NCBI RefSeq assembly: GCF_009914755.1
Contig: NC_060932.1
Source: the human T2T-CHM13v2.0 reference genome, Homo sapiens
Strand: one strand, 5' to 3'
DNA length: 64,000 nucleotides
Below, in pieces: positions 18,544 to 34,488 of this stretch. A model generated the notes under the pieces. That model saw nothing but the letters and a program-made list of their open reading frames with translations. It made no database searches and had not been told where the DNA came from. The first letter of the stretch is position 1; every line of letters begins with the position of its first letter. The translations under genes were made by a program, and so were the position numbers.

Positions 18544-20742
18544 CCAGTAACTTGCTTTTCTCCCTTCCTCATAGCTTTTGGCAACCAACATTCTACTTTG
18601 TTTCTGAATTTAACTACTCTAGATACTTCATGTGAGTGGAGTCATACAATATTTATCCATTGATGTTTGGCTTATTTCACTTGACATAATGCCTTCAAAG
18701 TTCATTTATTCTGTAATATGTGTCAGAATTTCCTATCTTTTCAAGGCTGAATAATATTCCATTGTATGTGTGTACATTTTGTCTGTTCATTTGTTGCTGG
18801 ACATTTTGGTTGTTTCAACCTTTTGGCTATTGTGAATAATGCTGCTTTGAACATTAGTGTACAAATATCTGTTTGAATCCCTCCTTTGAGTTTTTTTTGG
18901 GTATATTCCCAGAGTGGAATTCTGGATCATGTGGTAACTCTATGTTTAATTTCTTGAGGAACCTCCGTACTGTTTTCCATAGTGGCTGCACCATTTTACC
19001 TTCCCTGCAGCAGTACACAAGATTTGGGTCAGTTTTTAAAATACCGAATTTTCTTTTCATCATGCAGTTGAGATATCCTGAAGACCTAAGGGCTGTGTTC
19101 AGTAGATATTAAAATAATTCATATATTAATACTTGAACCAAGTTCTATAAAAGATTTAATATTTTTCTTCTGTAATATTTTTTTAATTCAAAACTAATGC
19201 ATGTTCAGTAAAGAACATTTGGCAAACATAGGAAGATTCTAGAAAATTTATAAAAATCTTCTGGAATTCATCACCCAGAGATGATCATTGTTAACATTCA
19301 ATATATCTGTCTTTCTTATAGAACAAAATCATATGTGTTAATTTGTTATTTACATCAAATCAAGATTATACTATACTGTTGTATCCTGCTTTTTTATGTC
19401 ATGAACCTTTTCCTATGTGATTACAGTTCTTTGAAAACATGGCTTTAAAGGCCCTAAAATTTATTTAACCATTTGCTTATTAAGACATCCAGTTGTTATT
19501 AACGATCTGTATTGTTAAGACATTTTAAAGAATGCTGCCCAGCATTCTTCAAAACATCAAAGACAGAAAATGCATCTGATAGTTATCTTATATTTTGAAG
19601 ATCTTTGACTGCATCTTTGACTACATCTGATAGTTACCTTATATTATAAAACCTTTGAAAAAGATAAAATAATCTGTTTAAGCTGATGATGTGGTGGACC
19701 AATTTTGTTGTGGGGGTTGGGGGTTTAATGGGGTTAGGGGAGGTTATTATAACCAAATATTAAAAGGACAAAAATTGATAGATGTTTTTAAACAGTCATC
19801 TCTAAACTGTTACCATTTGGTTTCTTCTTTTTTTGGAATAATTAGTTTTAAGTAATTTTAAGTTACTTAATATTCTGTAATAGAGAAATATTCAAACTTT
19901 CTGATCTTTATGACTTTATAATAAAATTATGTAATAAATATAAAAGTGTCTAGTCCAATTATGAGAAGAATGGTGAAAGCTCATCGTTTTAACCACATGA
20001 AAATAGTGGGGTTCCCATAGATTATCTACCTTGTGTAATACTGCACAGAAAAAGCCATGATGAGTACCCAGGTCTCCTGACTATAAGTGCTATTTCCTCC
20101 AGTGTGCTGCCTTGGTAAGCTAATCAATGTCTGGGTTCCTAAATTCACCTATATATTCAGACCCTCAGTATACTCTATCAGCACCTCTGGTTGAAAGAGT
20201 TAGAACTAATTCGTTCTTAATTAACTGTCCAAACAGGTGGCAGAATCTAACATATTATTGACTGTTTTATTACAATTTTGTATACATGTAAAAGCATTAG
20301 AAACTTCATTAAATTTTTGTCTGAAACAACCATGTTAAGTATACCTTTAAAACTTCTACAGTTATTTAGATGTCATTCAAAAAGACTGATAGAGAATATG
20401 TAGAAAATTATATATATATTATGTGTGTGTATATATATATGATTGCTTTAGTATGGGTGTTGAAAATGTAACAATGTTTCTGAAACTTTTACTTTTTTTC
20501 TTAATGTCCTTAGACATAATTTTTATTCATTAACTTGGCTCTTTTGTTAAGTTTAGTCATGTTGTATCTGTGACTTTACCTTTGAAGGAAAAAAAATATA
20601 AATTAAGAAAATGTACTTTAGCACCACTAAAGTGAGGTTTTATTCTGTAACTATTTGTCAGAATTTTGAAGGTAAAGTTAACTAAACTACCTAAACTTGG
20701 TGTGTGAGAATTGAATAAACACTGTTTGCATCTCAATTCTAG

Positions 20743-20911
20743 GTTCTGCACTTTTAAAAGAAAAGCAAAGGCATCGATTACATAAGTTCTTGTGTCTCAG
20801 AGTTGGAAAACCAATGAGGAAAACGTTTGTATCTCAAGCAAGTGCTACAATGCAACAGTATGCACAGAGAGATAAGAAACATGAATATTGGTTTGCTGTG
20901 CCACAAGAAAG
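20743..20911 (+). CDS. OXR1: OXR1 coding exon (SALLKEKQRHRLHKFLCLRVGKPM...YWFAVPQE)
   Basis: ctag acceptor 20741-20742, GTAAAA donor 20912; 169 nt, phase 1/2. Confidence 0.95.
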
Positions 20912-23900
20912 GTAAAAAACCCATACGACACCTTGAGAGCATTATTGAGATTCTTTGAACTAAAATTATTTTGTGTGTCAAAATACCAATGATAAACTAT
21001 TGAAACATAGTTTATGATTAAAAGCAGACAATAAGTCTATTTGAAACCATTTTGCCCCTACTTTATAATTTGCCCCATTTTTAATTGCATTCCCTTTTGT
21101 AGTTTATTATTTAAAAATGTGAACAAATATCCAATTTGGGTAGTAAAGAGACTTAAGATACCTTGGAGCAAGAAGATTCATCAAAATATTATTTGATATA
21201 GCTCCTTCCTGAAGGCAGCTAATGGTGTATAATTCCTTTATATTAAAAATTCTTCAAATATTCATTAAATATCTTCTATATACGTGACACTAAATTAGCT
21301 ACTAAAAGGATGTAGTGGTCTTCACAATATTTGTGTGTACCCTTTGCACAATTAGATTTTTCATCATAAGTTTTAAGCGGTTGTAAAAGATGTCTATTGT
21401 ACTATCTTGTCAATTTTTACATTTTAAGTAAATAGTGTTACTTATACCCAGTAGAACTGAAACATTATAACAACTTTCCCTGTACTATTATTCACTTAAA
21501 ATTACTTTAACAGTTAGACATTGCATCATTACTTTTTCTCTTTAAACTTCTATTTCCATAATACCACCTCACACAAACTCATTACAACGTACTATATTTT
21601 TATCCCCATTATAGTTCTTTGCAACCAACTACATATACTTAACACATTTACATATCTGTGTGTGTATATTGAAATTGCATTTATTTTAACATTTTCTGTG
21701 ACTTTTGTAAAAACAGTAAAGGGTTTAAGGTTTTAGGCTACCTGCAAGCCAACAACTTAGTCTGCCTCCATTTGGTGCATGCTGGGAGAAAGCACAAACA
21801 TCTGTACAACAGCAGTAATCAGAACATCAGCAATTGTGTGATTTCTCTGTACCTCCTTTCCCACAAAGGATGTGAAAAAGGCCAAGTGACAGCTGCACAT
21901 ACCTGGGGTTATTTTACAGAAGAGGAACCATAAGTTTAGGGAACCTGAATTTTTATAACAGACAGTAAGCATGGTTACCCTTTGCTAGACAGTAAGATAC
22001 TATCTCTACTTCTAAGATAATGCTACACTAACATACTTGAAAAGATACTGCTGAGCAAAGGTATTACACATAAAAAGTAAAATATCATAGGAAATGCCTG
22101 TCTTAAGGAGATAGATAGACCTTTCCTATATCCATTGATAGATTAATATGTTTCATTGAAAGGATGAGATAGGACTCAGCATCAGTTCTGCCTCTCCCTT
22201 TTATTTTTCTTTATAAGTACTGAGAAGCTTTGTTCATAGAAAAGTCAGTGAGACTGAAGAGAGTTTCATTTTAATAATGTCATTCAATTATTTAAACTTG
22301 TTTCTATATAATTCCAAAAATTAATCATTTTTGTCACAATATTTTTAGTGATCATCAGTGGACAACTCCATTGAAAACTCCTTCAGTTTTGCGGAAATCA
22401 ATTAATGAGAAACAACCTGACATACAGAAGGACTTATTACCCAGTCTTTATAATCATTTCCTGTCTCAACACCAATCTTGGGCAGCCTAAAAGTTTTTAT
22501 ACTGTAGGGCATATCCCATTGTAAATTCTGAGTAGGTGAAGATATGCCCTTCTTTTATAAATTAGAAAAAGTGCTTTAGTGAAAGCAGATAACAGGAAAT
22601 CTGTAAAATATCTTGACCATACTGTTTTTAGGCAGATTATTATGAGCAAAGAGTAACATATGGAAATTGGAGATACGCGAATTGATTCCCTTAGCACCAT
22701 CTTACACGTTTGTGTACCTCTTGGAAAATCTTTATATGTTGCTTTGGAAGACTACAGCTTTTAGGCATAAAATGATAATGCTCTTTTCCCTTTTCCCACT
22801 CCACCATATATAGAGTAAGTACAATGTGTGTCTTCCACAACATTGGCTTAATCTTAAAATATGATTTGCATAATTGATGAATACCTGAAAGGGACAGAGC
22901 CTGATATTCAAACGTTCCAGTGATGTTGAAATCACTACAATGAGAAATGTAACTATATTTAGTTAAAATGGACATAAAAATTTAGTTTTTCTCATTATTC
23001 TTGGTTTTAATGTTTACATGGAATTCCCTATTTTAATATTCATTCTTTTATCTTGGTTAATATTCATTACAAATTAGTATTATTAGGATTCTGATCTTTA
23101 TTGTAGACATAAAACTTAGGAAAACTGCTGCATAGATAGTGAGAAATTGATAAAAAGGTAAGATGTTACATTGAAAGATAAAATGTAGCACCTTTTAAAT
23201 ATGTTAGCTGCCACGTAAAGAATGGCAATTTTAAAAATCATTATATTGAAAATATAATTTCTAGAACCATGGTTATTAACTGGTATATGTTAGCTGAAAG
23301 TTATATAATCAATTTTCAAAAACATGTTAATTAAAACCAATAAAACGTAGATATTTGAAATGTGTGTGTGACTCTCAAATACATTTATCAGGGAATGTAA
23401 CAACTGGCTTTAGTGTAGTAAACAAAACATTGAAAAGGGGAACCTGAGATTTCTAAGATTAGATCATCTGTCTCTCAACACTGTATGTTCCTAGTATCAT
23501 TTAAAATTTAAGGACATTACATTTCTATTAACTTGGAAAATTGTATATAATGTCTCAAAATAGGCCATTAATAAATTGTTTACTTGTATTTTAGATCATT
23601 AGATTATTGTAGGAATGAGGTCAAAGTTGTGTATCTAATTTCCTTTTCCATCACTAGTGTCTTTAAAGAAGAAAAGCTTTATAATATACAACATCTGAAC
23701 TAGTCAAACACATGCCAAGGAAAATCTTAATTTGGTTTTCTAAAGAACAACCTGACAGAATATAGCCAAATAAAATGTTTAAGTTAATGCCTTCCTGATA
23801 GTAGACCTTTTATATTAATATAAAACAATATATTTTGTGTATATTTTAAGTCTTCAAGATTTATCAAGATATTTTACAAATATAATTTTTTAATTCTGGC

Positions 23901-23943
23901 AGCACAGAATACTAGGTATATTAATAGTCACTTCTCCTAACAG

Positions 23944-24106
23944 GACAGATCACTTGTATGCCTTCTTCATTCAGTGGAGTCCAGAAATATATGCAGAAGA
24001 TACTGGCGAATATACCAGAGAACCTGGATTTATAGTAGTAAAAAAGATTGAGGAGTCTGAAACAATTGAGGATTCTAGTAATCAAGCAGCAGCCAGAGAA
24101 TGGGAG
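23944..24106 (+). CDS. OXR1: OXR1 coding exon (TDHLYAFFIQWSPEIY...AAAREWE)
   Basis: ctaacag acceptor, GTAAGG donor 24107; 163 nt, phase 2/0. Confidence 0.95.
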
Positions 24107-25139
24107 GTAAGGAGAAAAATATGAAGATTTTAGTCATCTTTTTAGTTTGTATGAATTTATAGCTTTATGGTAGTACAAAGTATAAGTGATGTTTCCACAA
24201 AAGAGGAATTTTTTTAAAGGTCAGGTTCACTATCCGTGTTTATTTGTGGTTATTGAATGAATCTGAATAGTGACTTTAATACTATATTTGTCATTCTGCT
24301 TTTGCTTTAAAATACTAGAAAACCCACTAGCAATAAAATGACTTTTATTGAGTGTCTTATAGAATATTTAGTTTAGGAAAGATTAACATTATGGCAAAGA
24401 AGGAAATAATTTTAATTTTGCTGTTATATTAATTTTCATAAAACATCGATTTCACATCTGATTTGTTTTAATTTCATCTCCTCCATGGAGGAGGTACGGC
24501 AGTCATTTAACACATCTGTGCATAGTATTTGCATAGCATCTATACAAATTACTACTCCTTTCTATGTTTCAGACCTAAGCATTATCTTGACTTAAATTTT
24601 TCAATAATAATTTTAAGGAAATAAGCAGGTGCTAATTTTATAAAGTAGTAGAAATTTTATATGCTCAGATTTACTGAACTTGTTTAAATGGTCAAAGTTA
24701 TACTAACAAACTTTTTGTAACTCCTCTTAGATATATCTTAAGATTACATATTACCTTTTACATGCTTTGTCTTATAAGGTTGGTAGGGTGGCAATATCTG
24801 TTGGTGTTGCCTAGATTAGTCTCTTCTTGATGCATTAGAAAATGTAGAGCAGATGCTAAAATGTTATAATAAATGTAATCAAATTTTTTTATTCATTGGG
24901 TGTTAATGTTTGTGGCTGTTAATGTGATATGAATGTATCTTGCATGCACTTAACATGTATAGTAATTGAAGGTATACATGGCTTGTCTTTTGTTTAAAAT
25001 GCAAACTGATTTGGAATGTGTCTAATGTCATTCTGTGTAGTATATACAGCATCAGTTTCTACTGTGACTCCAATATAAGGGAGGGAAAGAAGAACATATC
25101 GACCATGTATTTTGGGTTATTTTAATACTTAAACCAACA

Positions 25140-25520
25140 TTATCAATCTTCATACCAGCTTTATTCATAATGGCCCCAAATTGGAAAGTCTCATTAGCAG
25201 GAGAATGGATGAATACATTTTTGAATACTTACAGAATTCCAAATAACAATAAAAAAGATCTACTGGTACAGGCAATGACATGGATGAATTTTACAAATAA
25301 TATGTTGAGTAAAAGAAGCCTGACACAAATGAACATATACTATGTAATTTCATTTACACGAAGTTCAAAAGGGCAAAACTAGTCAGAAATCCATCACACT
25401 ACTTGATACTGGGCTGTGACAGGGTGGCTCAGGGACAGGAGGGAACTTTATTGCGTTCTGGGGATGTTCTATATGTTACTCTCAGTGGTGGTTACTTGGG
25501 TGATTACATATGTAAAATAT
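25140..25520 (+). mobile_element. Old L1 (L1ME-like) 3' fragment
   Basis: cagctttattcataatggccccaaattggaaa...acatggatgaat motifs. Confidence 0.65.
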
Positions 25521-26074
25521 ATATAATATATATAATACGTATATAATATATATATGTATCTTATATATATATATATTATATACATCTATGTCCCTGAGCT
25601 GTGTTTTTAAGATTAGCTTTAGAAGGTACTTAAAATAGCCCAGGTGATCAAAGATACGTACCTAACTAAGGCAGCAACAGTTGAAGGTAGAGTGGAAGGT
25701 GATGAAATAAAGCTAGAAGAAAAGGTATTAGCTAGCTAATTACACAGGATTCAGTGACAACCTGGTAACCATAAAGTTATCTCCAGCTTGGGTGGCACGG
25801 TGGATGGCAGAATTGTCAGTCATGAACGGGAATTGAGAGCTTTCTCTCCATTGGGGTTGGAGTACTTAACTTTGGAAATAAGAGACTATTGACTATTTTG
25901 ATTCAAAGGAACTGTCTCAGTTTCTGTGCAAGACTCTGCAGGGTATAATTTCTAAAGGAAAAATAAATCTCCTCACCAGTCCTTTGACCGGAATTGGTGC
26001 AGTTCAAAAGAAAATGGAAGAGAAAAAAATAATTTTGGAAACTCCTTGCTACATTGTCTGAAAATATTACCGCA

Positions 26075-26660
26075 GTATCCAGTATAGCAGCACTAGCCAT
26101 ATGTGGCTATTGAGTACTTGAAATTCATGTAATGCCACTAAGGGACTGCATTTTTAGTTTTAATTATTAATTAAAAACCGATACGTGGTTCCATTATTGG
26201 ACAATTTTTAAATATATTAGGAATAACTTAGATATATGATCTACTTTTTCAACTGTAAATTTCATGAAATCTAAATATGATCTAAATCAGTCTAAATCTA
26301 ATTAAGGTCAAGTATTTCCTATGAAAATTTAGTGCCTGAATTGAGATGTGCTGTAGTGTAAAATATTCTACTTCCTATAGCCACTAGCCACATGTAACCA
26401 TTGAGCATTTAAAATGTGGCCAATCTCAATTGAAATGAGCTGTAGTATAAAATACACACTGGATTTTAATGACTTAGAATGGAAAGAAAAAAGAATGTAA
26501 ACATCTTGTTTGTTTATACTGATTAATATTGAAGTGATAATATTTTGAATACATTAGGTTAAATAAACTATATTAATACAATTAATTTCACTTTTTTAAT
26601 GTGGTGTCTAGAAAATTTACAATTGTAATGTATCTTACATTATATTGCTCTTGTGCAGTG
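26075..26660. mobile_element. MER3/MER33-like hAT-Charlie DNA transposon relics (two related copies)
   Basis: Repeated 'gc(c)actagcca[c/t]atgt...attgag[c/t]a[c/t]tt[g/a]aaat' and 'aattga[g/a]atg[t/a]gctgtagt[g/a]taaaata' blocks at ~26085 and ~26380. Confidence 0.6.
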
Positions 26661-26712
26661 CAGGTCTATGCCTCATGGATACTAAGTGCCTAAAAAAATG
26701 TTTGTTAAACTA

Positions 26713-27014
<302 letters not shown>

Positions 27015-28350
27015 CTAATGAGTACTCATTTAAGTGAAAGAGTAATTTTAAATGTTAACATGATTTATTTTAAAACAGGAAGAATTTGGCTAAAGCCCTT
27101 ATATAAAACAGTAGTACTTCAGAATGTGCCGTGATGTTTTTTATTTTTTTGTTCTACAAAGGAATGGAGAATAGGTGTCCTAGAATTTAGGATGAACTTG
27201 CTATGGCTACCAACTTGGGCATCAGTTAGATTTAAACTAACACCTCTACTCACTGTTATTCTGCTTTAGTGATACTTAAAAAAGATCTTTATTATCCCTG
27301 ACTGTTACTCAAGCAGAAATATATTGCTAGCCAGAAATGTATACATTGACTGGGGAAGTTTGTATATGATAAATTTGGTAAACTTATTGTTTGCTTTTTT
27401 CTCCCTTTCCCTATGTAAGTGTCATAAGGCAGGGATTTGTCAATTTCATACACTATTATATCTTCAGAACTAAGAATTGTATAGGCATATAGTTCATTCT
27501 CAATATTTATTAATGGATAAACTTGGGCGTAGATTAAAATTAAGGTATAAAGCTTCTAATCTTTCAAGATTGCTCTATTTCCTGAAATAAGTTCTTACAT
27601 CAGTTGTAGTAAATATTTTTTCATAAAGCCATAGATTCTGGACATTTTAACTAATAGTCCACAGTCTGTCATTTACATTTTTTTTTGTTCTGTTTAAACA
27701 TATTCAGTGAAAGGGAATTTGTTACCTCAAAGGGCAATACTTTACATTTTAGGACAGCTCTGTTAGAAAGTTATTTGTTACAATAAGCTTAAGGAAACAT
27801 ATCTTTGTAAATTGGATTCATTTATCTTTATTCTGTCTTCCAATGCAAGTCAATAACAACAAGAAACATTTTCTATTTACTGCGATAGTGTGAAAATGTT
27901 TGTCTTCCCTTTTAATCTTGTTTCAGAATTATTTTTTCCAGTACTTCAACTGTTTAACTTTATGAACTCTATTCAGATCTTATTCATATCAGTACCCTAA
28001 AATATGTTAAAAGAGTTCATAAACTATGGCACCCCAAATTACTAAAATGTACACTTGGGATAGCAGGAAAAATTCCGTAATATTTTTAAAAATTTTAATT
28101 TCCAAATATGAACATTGAAGATCAGTCCTATTGAAGACAGACAGAAACATATATTTACTAAGAAAAAGAAAATTTAGCCAAATTTTAAGGTGGTCAGGAG
28201 TAAAAGTTCCTAATGATAAATCAGTTCCTAAGTATTTGGATAAAGGATCTGAGAAATACTATTCTTACTGCTCACGATGTGTAAAGGACTGAATTTCCTC
28301 TTTTTGTAGTGTTACTTTGTATGCCACATGATAAAGAGTACTTTGGTGTG

Positions 28351-28651
<301 letters not shown>

Positions 28652-29558
28652 CTATGCCTGAATTAATTGCGTCAACATGGCTGCTATTGATAAGAAAGCA
28701 TGTTTTTAAACAATCAAGGCACAAAATGATTAAGGAAACCTTTCTTCATAGTGAACCAAACTTACGTTTTTGGTGTGATACCCAAATAAAAGAAATATGC
28801 ATTATGAGTCTTGCTTTTGGGGATCTGATAACCTTATTTGATAACTGAGAAGGAACTACTTATTACAGTCTTTCCCCTGATTTCTGCCGGTATTCAACAC
28901 AGGAAGTCAATAAGTATATCCAGTGTTGTGAGGATACTGTTTGATGTGGGGCTTTGCAGTTCTGTGATAAATATTACTTTCTGTTTTTTGATACAGATTT
29001 TTTATGCCTTTTCACTGAAAAGGGAAGTGCTCTAATGGCATTTTAACAAATTGTCAGGCAAGTCCTGAGGTGAAGATGAGGCAGAATGCCTATTGACATC
29101 TGCTATTTCGTGATGATCGCACTTTTGTTCAATAAATATACAAAAATAAAAGATTAATAGTAAAACAAATTCACATGTGCCATTCAGCTTCATCAGCTTA
29201 TTTCTTCTGTGTCCCTCCTTTTCTCCAATTGTTCATAGTTATTCAAATGTCATAAAAATATTTAGAATACATGTAATATGTACAGTATGTATTTTTACAA
29301 TTTGTTTTTTGAGTCATGATCCAACTAAGTTCTCAAATGCTGCAGTTAGTTAAAATATCTCTTAAGTCTCTCTAAATGTAGGTTCCTCCTCCATTGCTTT
29401 GCTTTGCTTTTTTATTTCAGTTTTTAAGAAATCAGATTTTTTTTCTGTAGAATGTCACACAGTCTGGAATATGCTGTTTGCATCCCCATAGTGTCTGTTA
29501 ACATGTTATTCTACCACTTGAATGATTGATAGATCTAGAGCAATACACTTAAGTATAG

Positions 29559-29900
<342 letters not shown>

Positions 29901-32271
29901 CAGATAATTTCTTTAAGCTGGTTTTTTATTTGGCTAAAATTCTCTTAGTGGTTAATCTCTAATTCAGAGCCTATACCTTTTCCACCATACCAAGTACTCA
30001 ACTTTGGCGGAACCTTTGCATCATGATGGGGAGCTTTCAAACATATCATTGCCAAGGTCACAAATCAGACCAATTAAATCAGAATAATTGGGGCTAGGAC
30101 CTAGTTATCAGTGTTGTTTAAAGCTACCTAGGTAGTTACATTGTGCAGTCAAGGTGCGAAAACTAGTATACCACCATGCCACAACTTCAGGTGTTGTGTT
30201 AAACATATACAATATTAAGACTGTGGAAGACTCTTTAGACTATATTGATTATAATATAGATCAGCTTTTGAGTTCCTGTCATGCAAGTTATATGAAATAC
30301 TTTTCATATTCCTTTCATCTGGGCTGCTGCATCAAAAACATAAATTTGGTTCACTATGGAAAAAGGTTTGTTTAATCATTTTGTGCCTTGATTTTTAAGA
30401 AAACATATTTTCTCCTCAGTAACAGCCATGCAGATACAATTGATGTTGTCATAGCTCCCTTACATACCACAGGACTTCCATCATGTTGTGTACTCAGAGA
30501 TACTACAAGGAGAGGAAGATCAAAAAACATACCAGGCTGTAAGTCAATGATTTTTGAACTTTGTCTTCTTCAACTTTGTCCATCAAATACCCTTTAAAAT
30601 TTAATATATTTGGCAAGTGCCTGAGGATCCAGTAGTATAGCTTAAAGGAGTGACCACCACAATAAGCTCAGATTCATGTAAAACTTTTCATTCAGCTTTA
30701 TAATTTATTTGTTGTAATATAAAGATGAATTTGGAATTTCTTATCATGAAGTCAAAATGGTAATACTGTAAGTTGAATCGCTTTTATCCTGCCATCATTT
30801 ATCATGAGACATTACATGCTGGACAATATCAGCATCCACCCCAAGTACCAACTTCAAGAGGCTGTATACTAGAATTTTCTGAAAGTCAAGGATTCATTGT
30901 GTCACATGTTCAGTATGCCAGTCTTGCTGCTTGACCACACAGGCCTCAAAGGTGGAGCTTTTTATGCTAACATTGCTTTTTGGTTCCTTTCCTTTGGATT
31001 GACTTTTCCAGTCCTTTTGGGATAAAAGCTGGCAGAGAAAGCTTTCCAAAATTTTTCATCTCTAATTTTATACCACATGTACTTCAGTATCTTTCATACT
31101 ACAAACCTAATTAAAGTATCCAGTTCTCCTAGGATGATAAATAAAAACAGCTAAGAAACTGGTTTTATTAAATCAACTTCACTTGATTTATTTAGTCTCC
31201 CACACATTTACTTGATTAAATTTTAAGAACGAATTTACTAAGATTATGTGTTGATAGGGTGTGTAACAGTATTTTTCATTCTTAAAATGATTCGTATTTG
31301 AATAAAATTGCTCTGGCTTCCCTCTTGCTTCTCACCTTTGCCAAAATACTGATAAAAAGACATTCTGTACAGTTTTGGGGTTTTGAAACAACCTGTATCT
31401 TTTTAGGTACATGACATTAGTCACATTTTCTCAATAATTGAAGTTTAGATTATTTAAGTATAAATGTAAATATGTTAACTACTTACTATATAAACCTCTA
31501 TACTATTATTCAAAATATGTTAGAATCTGCCTTTCAGCTTAGTTTTTAAAATAATTTATAGTCTTTCCATTTTGACTTTAGTATTTAGTGCTGTCCCTTT
31601 TAGTTATATAAGTGTAAAATATGTAACCCGTTCTTAGCATTGTAGGCCATAACATTTATCACATTATGTCATTGTTGGATTTGGTTTTTCACTACTATGT
31701 GGTGATTGCCTTGTGGAGCCAGTTCTGTTTTCACAGCTATCATTAAGTAGAGTTATGGTCAGGATCATTCATTAGGTTTCCCAGAAAACTTCTACAACCG
31801 TGGTTATTGCTGCAACTTTTAAGAAACACCTTATCAGGAGACTTCCCTTGTTTGGTTAATATCTTATTTCCTAAGCTGACAGGCAGTGAGTATTCTGGTG
31901 ATCATTTTATTAAACATATGTTTTCTATTATTATTAAGGTACAAGTAACACCAAAATTAAAACTGAGTTAATATGTTAAACGCACAAAACCCTCATGATC
32001 TCTTCTCAGTCTAGCCAGCAAAATCCACATAGAATTAATTTTGTCCAAAAGTGAAGGAATTCTTTGTGTATAAAGTCACTACATTGAGAAATCACATTTC
32101 TCAGATAAAGGGAATTTTTTTAAGTATTCTTTTTTTTTAATACTGATCGAATAATCAAATAATATTACAAATTATAACTCCAGAAGAAATTTAATAAATC
32201 TAAAAAAGAAATCAGAAGGATTAAACACTTAATTAGAATTTATTAGTTGATAGGTACTGACTTTCATAATA

Positions 32272-32617
32272 CGGTCATGCAGCACATAATGACATTTTGG
32301 TTGGTCCCCTGAGATTATAATGGAGCTGTCTCTTAGTGATGTCATAACATCATAGTACAATGCATTACCCTCTCTATGTTTAGATATATTTTGATACACA
32401 AATCCTTATCACTGTGTTACAGTCACCTATAGTATTCAGTACAGTAACGTGCTATATGGTATGACCTAGAAGTAATAGGCCATACCGTATAACCTGGTTA
32501 TATGGTAGGCTATTCCATTTAGGTTTGTGTAAGTACACACTGTGATGTTCACAAAACGAAATTGCTTAAAGATGCATTTCTCAGAACATATCCCTGTCAT
32601 TATGTGATATATGACTA
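32272..32617. mobile_element. Tigger3/MER7-like Tc1-mariner non-autonomous element
   Basis: Terminal inverted repeats cggtcatgcagcacataatgaca / tgtcattatgtgatatatgacta flanked by TA. Confidence 0.75.
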
Positions 32618-32868
32618 TATTTCTATGTTGAGAACCTGTATAGTTACAAATGAAACTTTTAGACTGTTTATGTTTTCTTTTATTAGCATTTGGCACCCAG
32701 GTTTTATGCCTAATATGGTCTGTTTTGACTACTGATTATGTTATCTTAAAGTTGTTATCGACCTTAGGAGAGTTTTGAACTAGTGTTTTGCTTTCCCTGT
32801 TAAAAATATTCTTCAATTGCTAGCCCAAAGTTATGAGCTATAACATTTCCATTAAAAATCTTTATCTA

Positions 32869-33494
<626 letters not shown>

Positions 33495-33589
33495 CCTCTA
33501 ATATAGACTGTCAGAAGAGGATTTATGGGTGACAGACTAGTTTATGATTTTAAATATTAAAATTCTAAAATATTACTTTATTTTTAAAT

Positions 33590-33874
33590 TTATTATTATT
33601 TTTTGAGAAAGGGTCTTGCTGTGTTGCCCAGGCTGGAATGCAATGGCACACTCACAGCTCACTGCATCCTCGAACTCCTGGGCTCAAGAGGTCCTCCTGC
33701 CTCATCCTCCTCAGTAGATGGGACTACAGGTATGTGCCACCTCATCCAGCTAATTTTTTTTTTTTAGAGATAGAGTCTTGCTGTGTTGCCCACGCTGGTC
33801 TCAATCTTCTAGGCTCAAGTAATCCTCCTGCCTCAGCCTCCCAAAGCACTGGGATTACAGCCACCTCACCTGGC
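33590..33874 (-). mobile_element. Alu (AluJ-like)
   Basis: Diverged dimer in antisense. Confidence 0.9.
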
Positions 33875-34304
33875 ATAAAATAATAAATAGTGAGTAGGGT
33901 AAATTATATATTATAGCTTCTATCATACCATTCCCAACTCAAATAGGAAGAGATATAAGGTAATTTAATAACTTCAGTTCGAATAAAGTAAAGGAAAAGG
34001 ATTATTAAATTGAATATCTGAATTATGAGAACAGATTATGTTCAACTTGTAAACTGGTAGTGTTTTCAAAAGTGCTTTGTTTTATATCCCATCATGTTAT
34101 AATAATAACAATTGACATCTGCTTCAAATTCTTGGATATCTAGGCAAATTTAAATGACTTAGCAATATGTATTATAAATACTACAAAAACAGAAAGGGCA
34201 AGAAGGAGACTTACTGAGCTCATTTTATGTTTGCCTGACACTGTATTTATAAATTTGGATGACTTCGAGAAACAGAAAACCACACTCAGAATAGCTTAAA
34301 CCTG

Positions 34305-34488
34305 TTGTATCTCGAAGTGTAGTTCCCAGACCATCAGCAGCAGCAGCACCTGGGAATTTGTTAGAAATGCAAATTCTCAGACCCCATTTGAGTCTGATTA
34401 ATTAGAAACCATTTTTGGAGCCCAGCATTCTGGTATAACAAATACTCCAGGTGATACTGATGCCGGCTAAAACTTGAAAGCCACTGAT
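34305..34488. mobile_element. MER5A-like DNA transposon (a second relic at ~29995-30170)
   Basis: cagcagcacctgggaatttgttagaaatgcaaattctcag...ctccaggtgatactgatg motif. Confidence 0.75.

Noticed and set aside
31778-31786. STAT/GAS-like TTCCCAGAA
   Set aside because: A single short motif expected by chance in 64 kb, 4 kb from the internal exon.
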